Assembly (NCBI GenBank): GCA_964558645.1
Contig: CAZLEV010000006.1
Coordinates: 96,001 to 160,000, forward strand
Reading direction: 5' to 3'
DNA from: an uncultured archaeon
GTDB lineage: Archaea; Asgardarchaeota; Thorarchaeia; Thorarchaeales; Thorarchaeaceae
DNA length: 64,000 bases
The notes beneath the pieces are model-generated. The model was not told the origin of the DNA, did no database searches, and was given only the letters and a program-made list of their open reading frames with translations. The position numbers and the translations under genes are program-made. How positions within the stretch are numbered: position 1 is the first letter of the stretch; each line of letters opens with the position of its first letter. Shown here one piece after another: positions 9,645 to 19,497 of this stretch.

Positions 9645-10724
9645 ATGGATAGCACAATGATTGAGATTGATGGCTCGTATGGCGAAGGAGGCGGACAGAT
9701 TCTCCGTACCACTGTGGCACTGTCAGCTCTCACAATGAAACCTGTAAAGGTCACCAACATCAGGGCTGGGCGCAAGAATCCTGGACTTAGAAATCAGCAT
9801 ATTGCGGGTATTGAACTCACTGGTCAGATAGTCAACGCAGATACGGCGGGCCTTTCTGAGGGAAGCATGGAGATTCAGTTCAGACCTCGCGAGAGAAAGG
9901 GAGGAAGATTCACATATGATATAGGCACTGCGGGATCTATCTCACTGGTTCTGCAGGCCGTCATCCCGGCAGCGGTATTTGCCCCTGAACCAGTCGAATT
10001 TGAGATACGGGGCGGTACAGATGTGGCATGGAGTCCACCCATTGATTATATGAAGAACGTATTCGTTCCGATGGTCGAACATTTTGGTGTTAACCTTTCA
10101 ATTGAGGTAATACGCAGAGGGCATTATCCGAAAGGTGGAGGTCTTGTGAGATGTCAGGTGGAGCCAACAACCGAGATAGTATCAGAAGACATGATAGAAT
10201 TCGGCGAACTACATAGGATTGTGGGGATATCGCATTGTGTCAGGTTGCCGCGTCATGTTGCTGAGAAACAATCCAAGACTGCGGAAACTAGCTTACGACA
10301 GAAGGGGGTATCAGACATTGATATTGAAATCGAGAGTTACACGAAGGATGAAGATCCTCATCTTGGCCCGGGCTCCGGTATAGTGATCTGGGCTGAATCT
10401 AAGGATGGCGTCCGAATTGGCAGTGACAGTCTTGGGGCTCGTGGAAAACCCGCCGAGAAAGTGGGAAGAGAGGCGGCGGATCGTCTCATCGATGGGCTCT
10501 CAACAGGGATGGCAGTGGATTCCAATCTCGGAGATATGCTCGTCCCCTACATGGCACTCAGCAGTGACGAAACGCAGATAGGGCTTGCAGAAATCACAGG
10601 ACATCTGAAGACGAATGTGTGGGTTGTTGAGAGGATTCTTGGCTGTTCTACAAGATTGGAGGGAAAACTAGGTCGTAGCGGCATTCTCTCAGTTACCGGA
10701 ACCGGACCACTTCTCTCTGAGTGA
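9645..10724 (+). CDS. rtcA: RNA 3'-terminal phosphate cyclase
   Basis: IDGSYGEGGGQILR, GGTDV.WSP, RGHYPKGGG, HLKTN. Confidence 0.95.
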   Translation: MDSTMIEIDGSYGEGGGQILRTTVALSALTMKPVKVTNIRAGRKNPGLRNQHIAGIELTGQIVNADTAGLSEGSMEIQFRPRERKGGRFTYDIGTAGSISLVLQAVIPAAVFAPEPVEFEIRGGTDVAWSPPIDYMKNVFVPMVEHFGVNLSIEVIRRGHYPKGGGLVRCQVEPTTEIVSEDMIEFGELHRIVGISHCVRLPRHVAEKQSKTAETSLRQKGVSDIDIEIESYTKDEDPHLGPGSGIVIWAESKDGVRIGSDSLGARGKPAEKVGREAADRLIDGLSTGMAVDSNLGDMLVPYMALSSDETQIGLAEITGHLKTNVWVVERILGCSTRLEGKLGRSGILSVTGTGPLLSE

Positions 10725-11792
10725 TTCCAGATACTCGTCAATGGCCTGCTGCATAGGCTCAACATCAATCTCATCAAGTGCAGTCTTCATCAGTGTTTCA
10801 ACGCCTCTTCCTTCGGTTGCGACAATCTCGATTGCGCCAGGTAGCTTCTGCCTTGCAATCTCTAGTCTATCAGGAGGGGTAATGTCAACTTTATTGAAGG
10901 CGACGATGATGGGGCTCAAAGGAAACATTCTCCGAACCTCATTGTATAGGTTGATCTGTGCGTCAATAGACCAGCCACAGGCCTCAGACGGGTCTAAGAG
11001 AAATAGTATCACTTGAGCGAGATATTTCAGGGCGGCAATTGCCTCCCTTTCGATCTCGTTTCGATCTGACATGGGGCGATCCAGTATTCCCGGAGTATCA
11101 ACCACCTGTATCTGATGTCCCTCCATGGTCAGATGACCTACAATCACCTCTTTGGTCGTGAATGGGTAGTAAGCAACCTCAGGAGTGGCTGTAGAAACAC
11201 CTCGAACGAGTGTTGACTTTCCCACATTCGGGAATCCCGCACACACCAAAGTGGGAGAGAGAGGGCTGACCCCAGGTAGCCGGGCGAGTTTTCTCTTGGC
11301 ATCAATGATGAAGTCCAAGTTTTCTGCAGTTCCTCGCACTATGGATGCGATTCGCCCTTTTGCCGCACTTCGGAGACGTTTCATCTTTCGGGAGTCTTCA
11401 GCGAGTTTAAGAGCCTCGATATGATCATCAGCAATAGCATTGATGGGGGGAATACAGTTGTACACGGATCCAAGTGACTGCTTCAACTTGTCAGTACCCA
11501 CGATGATCTCTGCGAGTTCGCGGTAGAAGGGATGAAGCCTATCAAGAGAGGGAAACTCTTCTACGGCAATCTTAAGTTTGGTCTTTACTTGCTTCACGAA
11601 CTCCTGTACACGACCAATCTCTCGAATCTTAGCACGTTGTTCTCGTGTGATTCGGAGTGAGCTCTTCCTACTTATCTTCTTGGACTTTCTGTGGGCAAAC
11701 TCTATGATTTCATCTGCCTTCATCACTGTTGGCATACTGGCGAAAGGATTGAGTTTGCGCATTCTCATCACATCAGGAATGAGTGATTCCAT
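10689..11792 (-). CDS. NOG1-family GTPase
   Basis: LHPFY, GFPNVGKS, YPFTT, DTPGILDRP, NKVD. Confidence 0.93.
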   Translation of the reverse strand: MESLIPDVMRMRKLNPFASMPTVMKADEIIEFAHRKSKKISRKSSLRITREQRAKIREIGRVQEFVKQVKTKLKIAVEEFPSLDRLHPFYRELAEIIVGTDKLKQSLGSVYNCIPPINAIADDHIEALKLAEDSRKMKRLRSAAKGRIASIVRGTAENLDFIIDAKRKLARLPGVSPLSPTLVCAGFPNVGKSTLVRGVSTATPEVAYYPFTTKEVIVGHLTMEGHQIQVVDTPGILDRPMSDRNEIEREAIAALKYLAQVILFLLDPSEACGWSIDAQINLYNEVRRMFPLSPIIVAFNKVDITPPDRLEIARQKLPGAIEIVATEGRGVETLMKTALDEIDVEPMQQAIDEYLESLREKWSGSGN

Positions 11793-11875
11793 ATATTGGT
11801 GTTAAGTAAACGTTTTAAAAAGGAATGGAACTGACCATAGCTAACCCGAATAAAGGCGTCGGAGGCCACAAACTA

Positions 11876-12469
11876 ATGTCACTCCCAACAGGTGCAACCG
11901 TAGTAGGAATCAAGTGTAAGGACGGCGTGGTGGTAGCTACTGATTCACTCATTAGCTGGGGAACGATGATTCTAACAGATAAGGGAATCAAGGCATTCAA
12001 GCTGACAGAAACCATCGTTCTGGCATCTGCTGGACTCACCTCAGACTACCAGATGCTAGTCAATCGGCTCAAGGCTCAGATAAAGCTGTATGAGCTGAGA
12101 GAGAAGAAGGACATGAGTGTGAAAGCACTGGCCAAGATGGTTGCAAACACTCTCTACGCGCGGAGATTCGCTCCTCTTTTCGTTCAGACTGTCATAGTTG
12201 GGGTTGATGATGACGGTCCTGCACTGTATTCACTAGACATGGGTGGGTCACTCCTCCCGGAAGATGTTACCGCAGCAGGGAGTGGAACCCAGATGGCATT
12301 CGGTGTTCTTGAGAAGATGTATGAGGAAGATCTGACTGTCAAGGATGCCGAGGATATTGCTGTAGAGGCGGTTCGAGCAGGGATTGCCCGTGATGCCCAG
12401 TCAGGCGGAAAGATTAACCTCATGATTGTGACTGAGAAGGGCGTCAAAGAGAAGAGCCTAGAACACTGA
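11876..12469 (+). CDS. psmB: Proteasome beta subunit, probably non-catalytic
   Basis: TGATVVGIKCKDGVVVATD, GSG, RDAQSGG; GGAGG RBS before ATG 11876. Confidence 0.93.
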   Translation: MSLPTGATVVGIKCKDGVVVATDSLISWGTMILTDKGIKAFKLTETIVLASAGLTSDYQMLVNRLKAQIKLYELREKKDMSVKALAKMVANTLYARRFAPLFVQTVIVGVDDDGPALYSLDMGGSLLPEDVTAAGSGTQMAFGVLEKMYEEDLTVKDAEDIAVEAVRAGIARDAQSGGKINLMIVTEKGVKEKSLEH

Positions 12470-12485
12470 AGATTGTGTCCCAATA

Positions 12486-13733
12486 TTGCCAAGAAATAGC
12501 CTTATCTTTCGCTTTCATAGACATTCCAGATACAGTGCTGCGGCCCTGCTGGGGGCTGTTGAGGTAGACCCGCTACTGAATGAGTGGGATATCTATACCC
12601 CTGAAGGAGTTCCTGATTCTCTCGTCACCGATTGTATTGCAAGTGGAGAAACGGTCATAGCGCACTCAGTAATGAGCACCCAACTCAAGCGTATCAGAAG
12701 AGAGGTCAAATATATCAGACAGACCTTTGGAGACCGGGTGACCATTATTGGGGGCGGTCCTCACGCCAGTGCGAACCCTCGTAGCCTGCTTGACGAGGGT
12801 TTTGACTACGTTGTAGTTGGAGAGGGAGAAATGGCTTTTCCGAAGCTACTCTGGCACCTCGCTACCGACCGTGAGCCAGATTCAATAGCGGGGGTTGTTG
12901 GACCTGATTCGGAAACCTATCCTATCCCAAAAGATTTGGATCATATCGACTTGGACCAGTATCCCCCCTTCGCACTGAACATGAATGTCGTTGGCCCCAT
13001 TGAAGTCACAAGAGGGTGCCCATTTGGGTGCAAATTCTGTAGTACACCCTTCCTGTCTGGCGGGATTGTTCGCCATAGGTCAATCGAGGCTGTCAAGCAT
13101 TGGTTGACTCGGGCGGTAGACGAGAGGGGGTTTTCCAGAGCGTGGCTTCTGTCGCCAAACGCATTATCCTATGGGGGCAGAGGACGAAGTGTTGAAAGGA
13201 GAGAGCTTGAGCGCCTGCTAAGTGGGTGTACGTCCATCAACGGATTGGATGAGCTGTTCTTTGGGTCTTTTCCGTCCGAGGTGCGACCTGAGTTTGTTGA
13301 TAGACCAGTACTAGAAATGATGCGACAGTATGTTGCCAACGAAACATTACAGATAGGTCTGCAGTCGGGAAGCGATCGGGTACTTAGAATATCTAACCGC
13401 CATCATACTGTACAGCAGGGAGTAGATGCAGCACGGATTGCTCTCGATTGTGGGTTTCGTGCTCATGTTGACATCATATTCGGCCTACCAGGTGAGAGAA
13501 AGGAGGACTTGGACCTCAGCTTGAAGACCTATAACGAGCTGATTGACATGGGCGCCATGTTACACGGACATGTCTTCATGCCATTGCCCGGCAGTGCATT
13601 TGAGAATGAAGAACCGGGGGCGTTGGATGCAGAAACTAAAGGAATACTCGGCGAACTCTCTAGGAAGGGCTTGATGACCGGTTCATGGTGCAACCAAGAA
13701 CAGCTGGGTGAAGACCTGGCGATTGGACAATAA
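12486..13733 (+). CDS. B12-binding domain radical SAM protein (TIGR04013-like)
   Basis: GGGPHAS, VVGEGE, RGCPFGCKFC, FPSEVRPE, FMPLPGS. Confidence 0.88.
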   Translation: MPRNSLIFRFHRHSRYSAAALLGAVEVDPLLNEWDIYTPEGVPDSLVTDCIASGETVIAHSVMSTQLKRIRREVKYIRQTFGDRVTIIGGGPHASANPRSLLDEGFDYVVVGEGEMAFPKLLWHLATDREPDSIAGVVGPDSETYPIPKDLDHIDLDQYPPFALNMNVVGPIEVTRGCPFGCKFCSTPFLSGGIVRHRSIEAVKHWLTRAVDERGFSRAWLLSPNALSYGGRGRSVERRELERLLSGCTSINGLDELFFGSFPSEVRPEFVDRPVLEMMRQYVANETLQIGLQSGSDRVLRISNRHHTVQQGVDAARIALDCGFRAHVDIIFGLPGERKEDLDLSLKTYNELIDMGAMLHGHVFMPLPGSAFENEEPGALDAETKGILGELSRKGLMTGSWCNQEQLGEDLAIGQ

Positions 13734-13806
13734 TGATTGTGCCAACTGGTAAATGCTGATAAACAAGCTTTGGAGAATCTTAACTGGTGTTCTATTGACT
13801 CGTGAT

Positions 13807-14766
13807 ATGCCCCCAGAACTCGAGGAGAGATTCCAAAGCCAAGGGTATCATCTGCTTGGCAAGAGAGGGGCATTCAAAGCTTGTCAATGGCAAAGAAAGA
13901 GCCTAATTGAAGGAAAGACCTGCTACAAGCAGAGATTCTATGGGATAGAATCGCATCGTTGCCTTCAGATGACACCCACGGTGGACAAATGCACCCAACA
14001 GTGCGAATTCTGTTGGAGAATCTTACCGGGCGACGTAGGGGTAGAATGGAACCAGACTGATGTGTACGCAGAAGATGTATTGCCTGCGGAAACTCTATTG
14101 GAGGAAACGCTCAAGGCCAACCTCATGTCATTGGGAGGCTATAATCCAGAAGCAGGTGCTGATGTGCTGGAGAAGAAATATCGCGAGGCCAGGAATCCAA
14201 AACATGTGGCTATTTCCTTGGCTGGCGAACCAACACTCTATCCTTTCCTCAGCGATTTCATTGAGGCTGTAAAGAAGAGGGGCATGACCTCGTTTCTGGT
14301 CACAAATGGTACACAACCCGACACCCTGAGAAGACTCACCCTTCCAACTCAGTTGTATGTCACCCTGGCTGCGCCCAATGAACGAATCTATAAGACGTTG
14401 TGCAGGCCATCGATGGTGGATGGCTGGAAGAGAATTCAGGAATCACAAGAGCTGTTGCCGACCCTACCATGCAGAACAGTGAATCGACTCACCATGGTTG
14501 AGAAATACAACATGACTGACGTGCGTTCATATGCAGAAACAATCCTAACAGGAGAGCCCGACTTCGTCGAGGTTAAAGGGTACATGTTCATTGGATCATC
14601 GCGAAACCGATTGCAAGCAGCCAATTCGCCCCCGCACAGATCAATACGGGCCTTCTCAGATAGATTAGAAGCAATAACAGGTTATCATGTAGTGGATGAA
14701 CAGGTAGAGAGTCGAGTCGTTCTCCTATCGCGAGAGGTCGACTATGATAGAATCAGTGGAGTATGA
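13807..14766 (+). CDS. taw1: 4-demethylwyosine synthase Taw1/TYW1
   Basis: CYKQRFYGIESHRCLQMTP, CTQQCEFCWR, AISLAGEPT, FVEVKGYM. Confidence 0.95.
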   Translation: MPPELEERFQSQGYHLLGKRGAFKACQWQRKSLIEGKTCYKQRFYGIESHRCLQMTPTVDKCTQQCEFCWRILPGDVGVEWNQTDVYAEDVLPAETLLEETLKANLMSLGGYNPEAGADVLEKKYREARNPKHVAISLAGEPTLYPFLSDFIEAVKKRGMTSFLVTNGTQPDTLRRLTLPTQLYVTLAAPNERIYKTLCRPSMVDGWKRIQESQELLPTLPCRTVNRLTMVEKYNMTDVRSYAETILTGEPDFVEVKGYMFIGSSRNRLQAANSPPHRSIRAFSDRLEAITGYHVVDEQVESRVVLLSREVDYDRISGV

Positions 14767-14772
14767 AGAAAC

Positions 14773-15414
14773 ATGGAGTTAGCAGATCAACTAGATGAAC
14801 TCAGAACAGAGATTGAGCATGATGACAGAGTCAGAGAGAGTATCATACCAATGGCACGAGAAGCAACTCGGAAATGTAGTGAGGCAGTAAAGGAAATACA
14901 TCGAGGTAATTATGATGCAGCTGAGGGTCTCGTGAAGCAAGCGCATTCGGTTCTGAAGAGCGCGGAGGAGAAGTGCGATGAGAGTGAGTTCATCTCTAAG
15001 AACAAGTACCTTGATACAGCTTATCAGGAACTCACGGAGGCGGCTAACCTCCTTTCGATACTCAAGAGTGGTGAGTACACACCGGGTTCCGAGTATGGAA
15101 TACTGACAAGGCCATATCTGACAGGTCTAGGAGATACCATCGGAGAGCTCCGAAGAGCAACTCTAGATGCATTGAGGCGCGAAGATGTCAGTCGAGCCGA
15201 GAATCTCCTCGGCTTCATGGAGGATATCTTAGAAGAGCTCAGTGGCTTCGATTTCCCCGACTCCTTGATTCCTGGTCTACGAAGGAAGGTTGACGTTGGG
15301 AGACGCATAATTGAAAAGACTCGTGGGGACGTCACCAATGCAGTACTGCAGCAGGGCCTGATGAAACAGCTCAGAGAGTTCGGAAGTAAGATACGAAGGA
15401 GGAGAGATGAGTAG
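14773..15414 (+). CDS. Translin/TRAX family protein
   Basis: YQELTEA, YLTGLGDTIGELRR, LRRKVD. Confidence 0.9.
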   Translation: MELADQLDELRTEIEHDDRVRESIIPMAREATRKCSEAVKEIHRGNYDAAEGLVKQAHSVLKSAEEKCDESEFISKNKYLDTAYQELTEAANLLSILKSGEYTPGSEYGILTRPYLTGLGDTIGELRRATLDALRREDVSRAENLLGFMEDILEELSGFDFPDSLIPGLRRKVDVGRRIIEKTRGDVTNAVLQQGLMKQLREFGSKIRRRRDE

Positions 15415-15416
15415 GG

Positions 15417-16097
15417 TTGACAACACCAGAGATCTGGTTTACGCTTTACGAGCTTGCAAAGCGAGGAGCTGTGCATAGATACTGCGAGATAACAACGGGT
15501 GAACTTGGGGATGCTCTTGATGTGAGTCAGCAGACTGCCTCAAGGAGAATACGAGACTCTGTGGAAGGAGGATTTGTTCAGAGAGTTCACACAGCAAGCG
15601 GCATGATGCTGAAGCTGACTGAGCAGGGTAAGAGTGAGCTAGTGAACGTTCTCAATGACCTTGAGGTCTCACTAGCCCCACCTAGTGACGAGATCGAGTT
15701 TGTGGGGATGGCCGTCAGTGGTATTGGAGAAGGAGCGTATTATGTGGATGCCTATTCGAATCGTTTCAAGGAGGCTCTGGGCTTTGAGCCATTCTCGGGG
15801 ACTCTGAATGTCAAGGTGTCAGATGAACAATCACACGCAGCAGTCAAGAAAATGAAACACAGTCCCCCCATCATTGTGCCCGGATTCAGCAAGGAAGATA
15901 GAACATTTGGTGATGTGATCTGTTATCGCGTCAGAATAAACGAGAAGGTGGAGGGGGCTATAGTGATTGCACAGAGAACACATCATAGTAAGGACATACT
16001 CGAAGTGATTGCGCCATTCAACCTGAGAGAGAAGCTCGGTATCAAGGACAATGACAGGGTGAGATTGAGGGTGATTCCGCTCCATCTTGCAACCTGA
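15417..16097 (+). CDS. ribK: CTP-dependent riboflavin kinase with N-terminal HTH (RbkR-type)
   Basis: SQQTASR HTH; SGIGEGAYY, PFSGTLN, RTHH, EVIAP.NLR. Confidence 0.92.
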   Translation: MTTPEIWFTLYELAKRGAVHRYCEITTGELGDALDVSQQTASRRIRDSVEGGFVQRVHTASGMMLKLTEQGKSELVNVLNDLEVSLAPPSDEIEFVGMAVSGIGEGAYYVDAYSNRFKEALGFEPFSGTLNVKVSDEQSHAAVKKMKHSPPIIVPGFSKEDRTFGDVICYRVRINEKVEGAIVIAQRTHHSKDILEVIAPFNLREKLGIKDNDRVRLRVIPLHLAT

Positions 16098-16098
16098 A

Positions 16099-16773
16099 TC
16101 AATGACCGTAATCACCAGTCATTGGTACAAAGGCCACACCGCCCCAACGCTTCTTTGAGATGCTCAAGTCGTCGTTCTTATGCACGATCATGAGGTCTTG
16201 GAAGAATCCCCTTGCTCCAACTGGAATCAGCATTGTTCCGCCGGGTACGAGCTGGTCTACGAGTGGTTGAGGAACATCGGGCGCAGCTGCAGCAACTAAG
16301 ATGCGATCAAAAGGAGCGTATTCCGGAAGACCCTTCCCGCCATCCCCATGAATCATAGAAACCCTGTCCGAATATCCGGTCTTCTCGAGATTCTTCTTTG
16401 CAGATTCAACGAGTGCTTTTACGATTTCAATCGTGTACACGTGCCCAGGATTTTTGCTGCCTGCAGGAGCCACAATCTCGGCACAGAGCGCTGCATGATA
16501 TCCTGAACCTCCTCCGACATCTAAGACTGACAGCCCCTCAGATAGTTCAAGAAACTCGCACATGATGGCACACATATGAGGGGCAGAGATCGTCTGGCCG
16601 TGCGCAATTGACAGAGGTGTGTCTCTATAGGCGTAACGTCTGACCTCTGGAGGGAGGAACTCTTCGCGAGGGACCTGCCTCATGGCCCGTTCCACTTCCT
16701 CACTCTTTATGTATCCGGAGGCCTTAAGGCGTTGAATCAGTCGTTCGCGTTCCCTATTGATAGAGTCGTTCAT
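16099..16773 (-). CDS. pcm: Protein-L-isoaspartate O-methyltransferase
   Basis: VPREEF, GQTISAPHM, LDVGGGSGY, APFDRI, VAFVPM. Confidence 0.95.
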   Translation of the reverse strand: MNDSINRERERLIQRLKASGYIKSEEVERAMRQVPREEFLPPEVRRYAYRDTPLSIAHGQTISAPHMCAIMCEFLELSEGLSVLDVGGGSGYHAALCAEIVAPAGSKNPGHVYTIEIVKALVESAKKNLEKTGYSDRVSMIHGDGGKGLPEYAPFDRILVAAAAPDVPQPLVDQLVPGGTMLIPVGARGFFQDLMIVHKNDDLSISKKRWGGVAFVPMTGDYGH

Positions 16774-16833
16774 ATCAATTCTGTAAGAAGTAGGATGTGC
16801 ATTGATAAAAGACTTGGCGGTCAGGAAAACCAG

Positions 16834-17265
16834 ATGAAATGCGAGGTAGTATTTGAAGCAAGTGGGCATAGGAATGTTGTAGGAACCCATCGAACTACTC
16901 TTGAGATTACCAAAGAGTCTCATCTCACACACGGCGGTACCTGCATAGTAGCTACAGATTCAACGCTTGCTCTTGGAGACCTAGATGAACATATTCGGAA
17001 CCTCGCCCAGAAGAGTGAAACGCGGATAATCCTTAGGATGTCTGTCAATGGCCTGACGGAGACGATTATCGGGCGGGGCAGTCCAGGGCTGAAATATAGG
17101 AGTGGCACATGCATGGTGGCACGGACCAGTGAATTCGAATGTGACAGAACTCTGATGATCAACGCTGACAGGGCAGCAGGGGACCTAGACCGAGATTTTG
17201 TCAAAATGTTAAGAGATTCTGAAGTACGAGTACACTGTGAGCTGACCTTCATCAGTGAACAATGA
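16834..17265 (+). CDS. DUF371 family protein
   Basis: GHRNVVGTHRTTLEITKE.HLT.GGTCI, RTL.INADRAA.DL.R. Confidence 0.88.
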   Translation: MKCEVVFEASGHRNVVGTHRTTLEITKESHLTHGGTCIVATDSTLALGDLDEHIRNLAQKSETRIILRMSVNGLTETIIGRGSPGLKYRSGTCMVARTSEFECDRTLMINADRAAGDLDRDFVKMLRDSEVRVHCELTFISEQ

Positions 17266-18307
17266 TATCTGCAACCATCTGGTATTCATATGGAGCACTG
17301 TCCCGTACTCGTCGCACCTTCTTGATTAGAGCCACCCGGCGACCTGCCTCTTCGACTAGGCGTTGAATCTTTGTCTTGAGCAAGGATTCCGCATTCTCTC
17401 CGCCCAAGAAGTCATAGTAATGAATTATTCCCCCCTCTCGTATCGCTGTACAGGCATCTGCAACAAACGCTTCAGCTCCGGAGGGGTGATTCATGATGAC
17501 TCTGTCAACGTTGTGGTCGAAATTACGGGGCACATATTCGGACGCATCTGCCACCACAGGAATGATCTCCCCCTCAAGTCGATTCATGGTGATGCTCTTC
17601 TCCAAGAGTGCAATGGCATCTGGATTGATGTCAATCGCATATACTGTGCACTCGGAGCGACCAGCAATATGGATGGCAAATGGTCCAACCCCGGTGAACA
17701 TGTCTACTACTGTTTCGCCGCTGTCCACCTGTTGTGCGATTCGATGGTGTTCTTGAAGAAGTCGTGGACTGAAGTAGGCTTTTGCAAGATCCACCGCAAT
17801 ACGGAAACCATACTCGGTGTGGATTGTATGAGTCTTCTTCTCTCCATGGAGATGTTCATACTCACGTACTCGACGAGTACCACCGATAGCACTGCTCTTT
17901 GCCAATACTGTAGAAAAGTTGGGGCGTAGCTTATGGAATGCCTCCCCGATGACATCGGTGTGGTGTTGAATCTCATCAGGAATCTCCAATACCGCAATGT
18001 CTCCAATCAAATCATAGGCCCGAGGGAGATGCTCCAATTCTAAGGGGCTCATCTTGTCCTCCAAGGCCTCCTCTAGTGAGCGTGGCCCATCTACTGTAGA
18101 GGCAAAAACCCGCTCCCCAAAATCCACCTCCTCTGAGGAGAACTGAGACCTTATCGCCTCATCGTAACGCGTCAAGGGGATATACAGGAATCCGCCTTCT
18201 GAGATGATGCGGTGTTCTTTGTCGAATACTCCCATGTCTACACTCATCTGCCGTATTCGCTCTCCAGACTCTACCGGCACTCTCACAAAGGGTCTTCTAT
18301 CTGTCAC
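17252..18307 (-). CDS. trm5: tRNA (guanine37-N1)-methyltransferase Trm5 family
   Basis: YDLIGDIA, YFSPRL..EH.RI, DMFTGVGPF, DINP, RVIMNHP. Confidence 0.92.
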   Translation of the reverse strand: MTDRRPFVRVPVESGERIRQMSVDMGVFDKEHRIISEGGFLYIPLTRYDEAIRSQFSSEEVDFGERVFASTVDGPRSLEEALEDKMSPLELEHLPRAYDLIGDIAVLEIPDEIQHHTDVIGEAFHKLRPNFSTVLAKSSAIGGTRRVREYEHLHGEKKTHTIHTEYGFRIAVDLAKAYFSPRLLQEHHRIAQQVDSGETVVDMFTGVGPFAIHIAGRSECTVYAIDINPDAIALLEKSITMNRLEGEIIPVVADASEYVPRNFDHNVDRVIMNHPSGAEAFVADACTAIREGGIIHYYDFLGGENAESLLKTKIQRLVEEAGRRVALIKKVRRVRDSAPYEYQMVADIIVH

Positions 18308-18349
18308 ATTAGCAGAGAATCATCCCATACCTAAGACCCTTGCGCTATA

Positions 18350-19405
18350 TCAGAGGAGCCTGATGTATTCTCTGCCTGCTCCAGCCTTGGTGCCCACCAT
18401 GAGTTGATAGAGGGCTGTCTTGCCAGATGGTTTCATGACTCTCTGAACAGTACCTGCGACTTCAAGTCGGTCGCCTGCTTGTGCTAGCCCTCTAAAGGCA
18501 CCCTCATAGATCATGAGTCTGCTTGTCTTCTGTCCATTGATGCATTGCAGCTCGTCAGACTCACCGATGTAGAGTGAAGGAAGAAAAAGGCCATACGTTG
18601 CATCACGGACATCAAAGGTGGCCTTCACAGGTTTGGAGGATACATCTTGATACCTCTCATTGAGGTATGGAATTGGAGCCTCATAACTCAGCAGTACAGG
18701 AGTGACGCCGATACACTGATTATCAAGATGCAGAGCTCGTCGCCTCTCAAAGAGTGAATGTATGTCCTCGACATCCAGTCTCGGAACCCGTGATAGGACT
18801 CTCGACTTCGCAGCACGCCAATCTGTACTCTTCCTAAGAGAGACCCTACTATCTTTGTCAGGTAGTTGTTCGTAGGATTCCTGCAGTCGCCAGGCGTTCT
18901 CCAGACCATAGACACACATGTTGATGTCCGAGTGTTTGGGGTCATGGGCATGCCACGCAATGCTACCGGCCACCCCTAAGAATTGGGATTTGATTCCAGC
19001 CGTATCGGATAGTATTTCTGCAAGTGTCAGGGCACTCTCTTCGAGCGGATCTCTGGGGCCAAGTTCGAGTATCTGTCTGAGGCGAACCTCAGGTTTGAAG
19101 TGTTTCGTTATGTATTGAATGGGTATACTTGGAAGCAGTGTGCGAAAGTGGGGATCATTGAAAAGGAACGCAGCAGTCATCTGGTCCATCCCGTTGGCTA
19201 CTGATTGGACGCCGCCCCAGAAGACACGACGGAATCGCCTCTGACCTTTGGACCATCGACCATCTTTGTCTGGCACATACTTCAGGAAGGCAATGACACG
19301 GTCTGCAGGCTGAATATGGCCAAGAACAACCCAGATACGCCCCTTATTGTCACGGACCACATCTCGATCAAGAAAGCCTCTCCGTGATCCTTCAGCAGTT
19401 GTCAT
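18350..19405 (-). CDS. Uncharacterised archaeal nucleotidyltransferase-domain protein
   Basis: V.G..QP.DRVIAFLKYVP; GVAGS...SDIN..VYG. Confidence 0.75.
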   Translation of the reverse strand: MTTAEGSRRGFLDRDVVRDNKGRIWVVLGHIQPADRVIAFLKYVPDKDGRWSKGQRRFRRVFWGGVQSVANGMDQMTAAFLFNDPHFRTLLPSIPIQYITKHFKPEVRLRQILELGPRDPLEESALTLAEILSDTAGIKSQFLGVAGSIAWHAHDPKHSDINMCVYGLENAWRLQESYEQLPDKDSRVSLRKSTDWRAAKSRVLSRVPRLDVEDIHSLFERRRALHLDNQCIGVTPVLLSYEAPIPYLNERYQDVSSKPVKATFDVRDATYGLFLPSLYIGESDELQCINGQKTSRLMIYEGAFRGLAQAGDRLEVAGTVQRVMKPSGKTALYQLMVGTKAGAGREYIRLL

Positions 19406-19497
19406 GAGATGTGCCAGCCTTGATTTCGTCAAGACTCCCAGAAGATAGATAGGTGTCACGCATCTAGATGATGACAGCATCCCTTGGAAGCCATACA

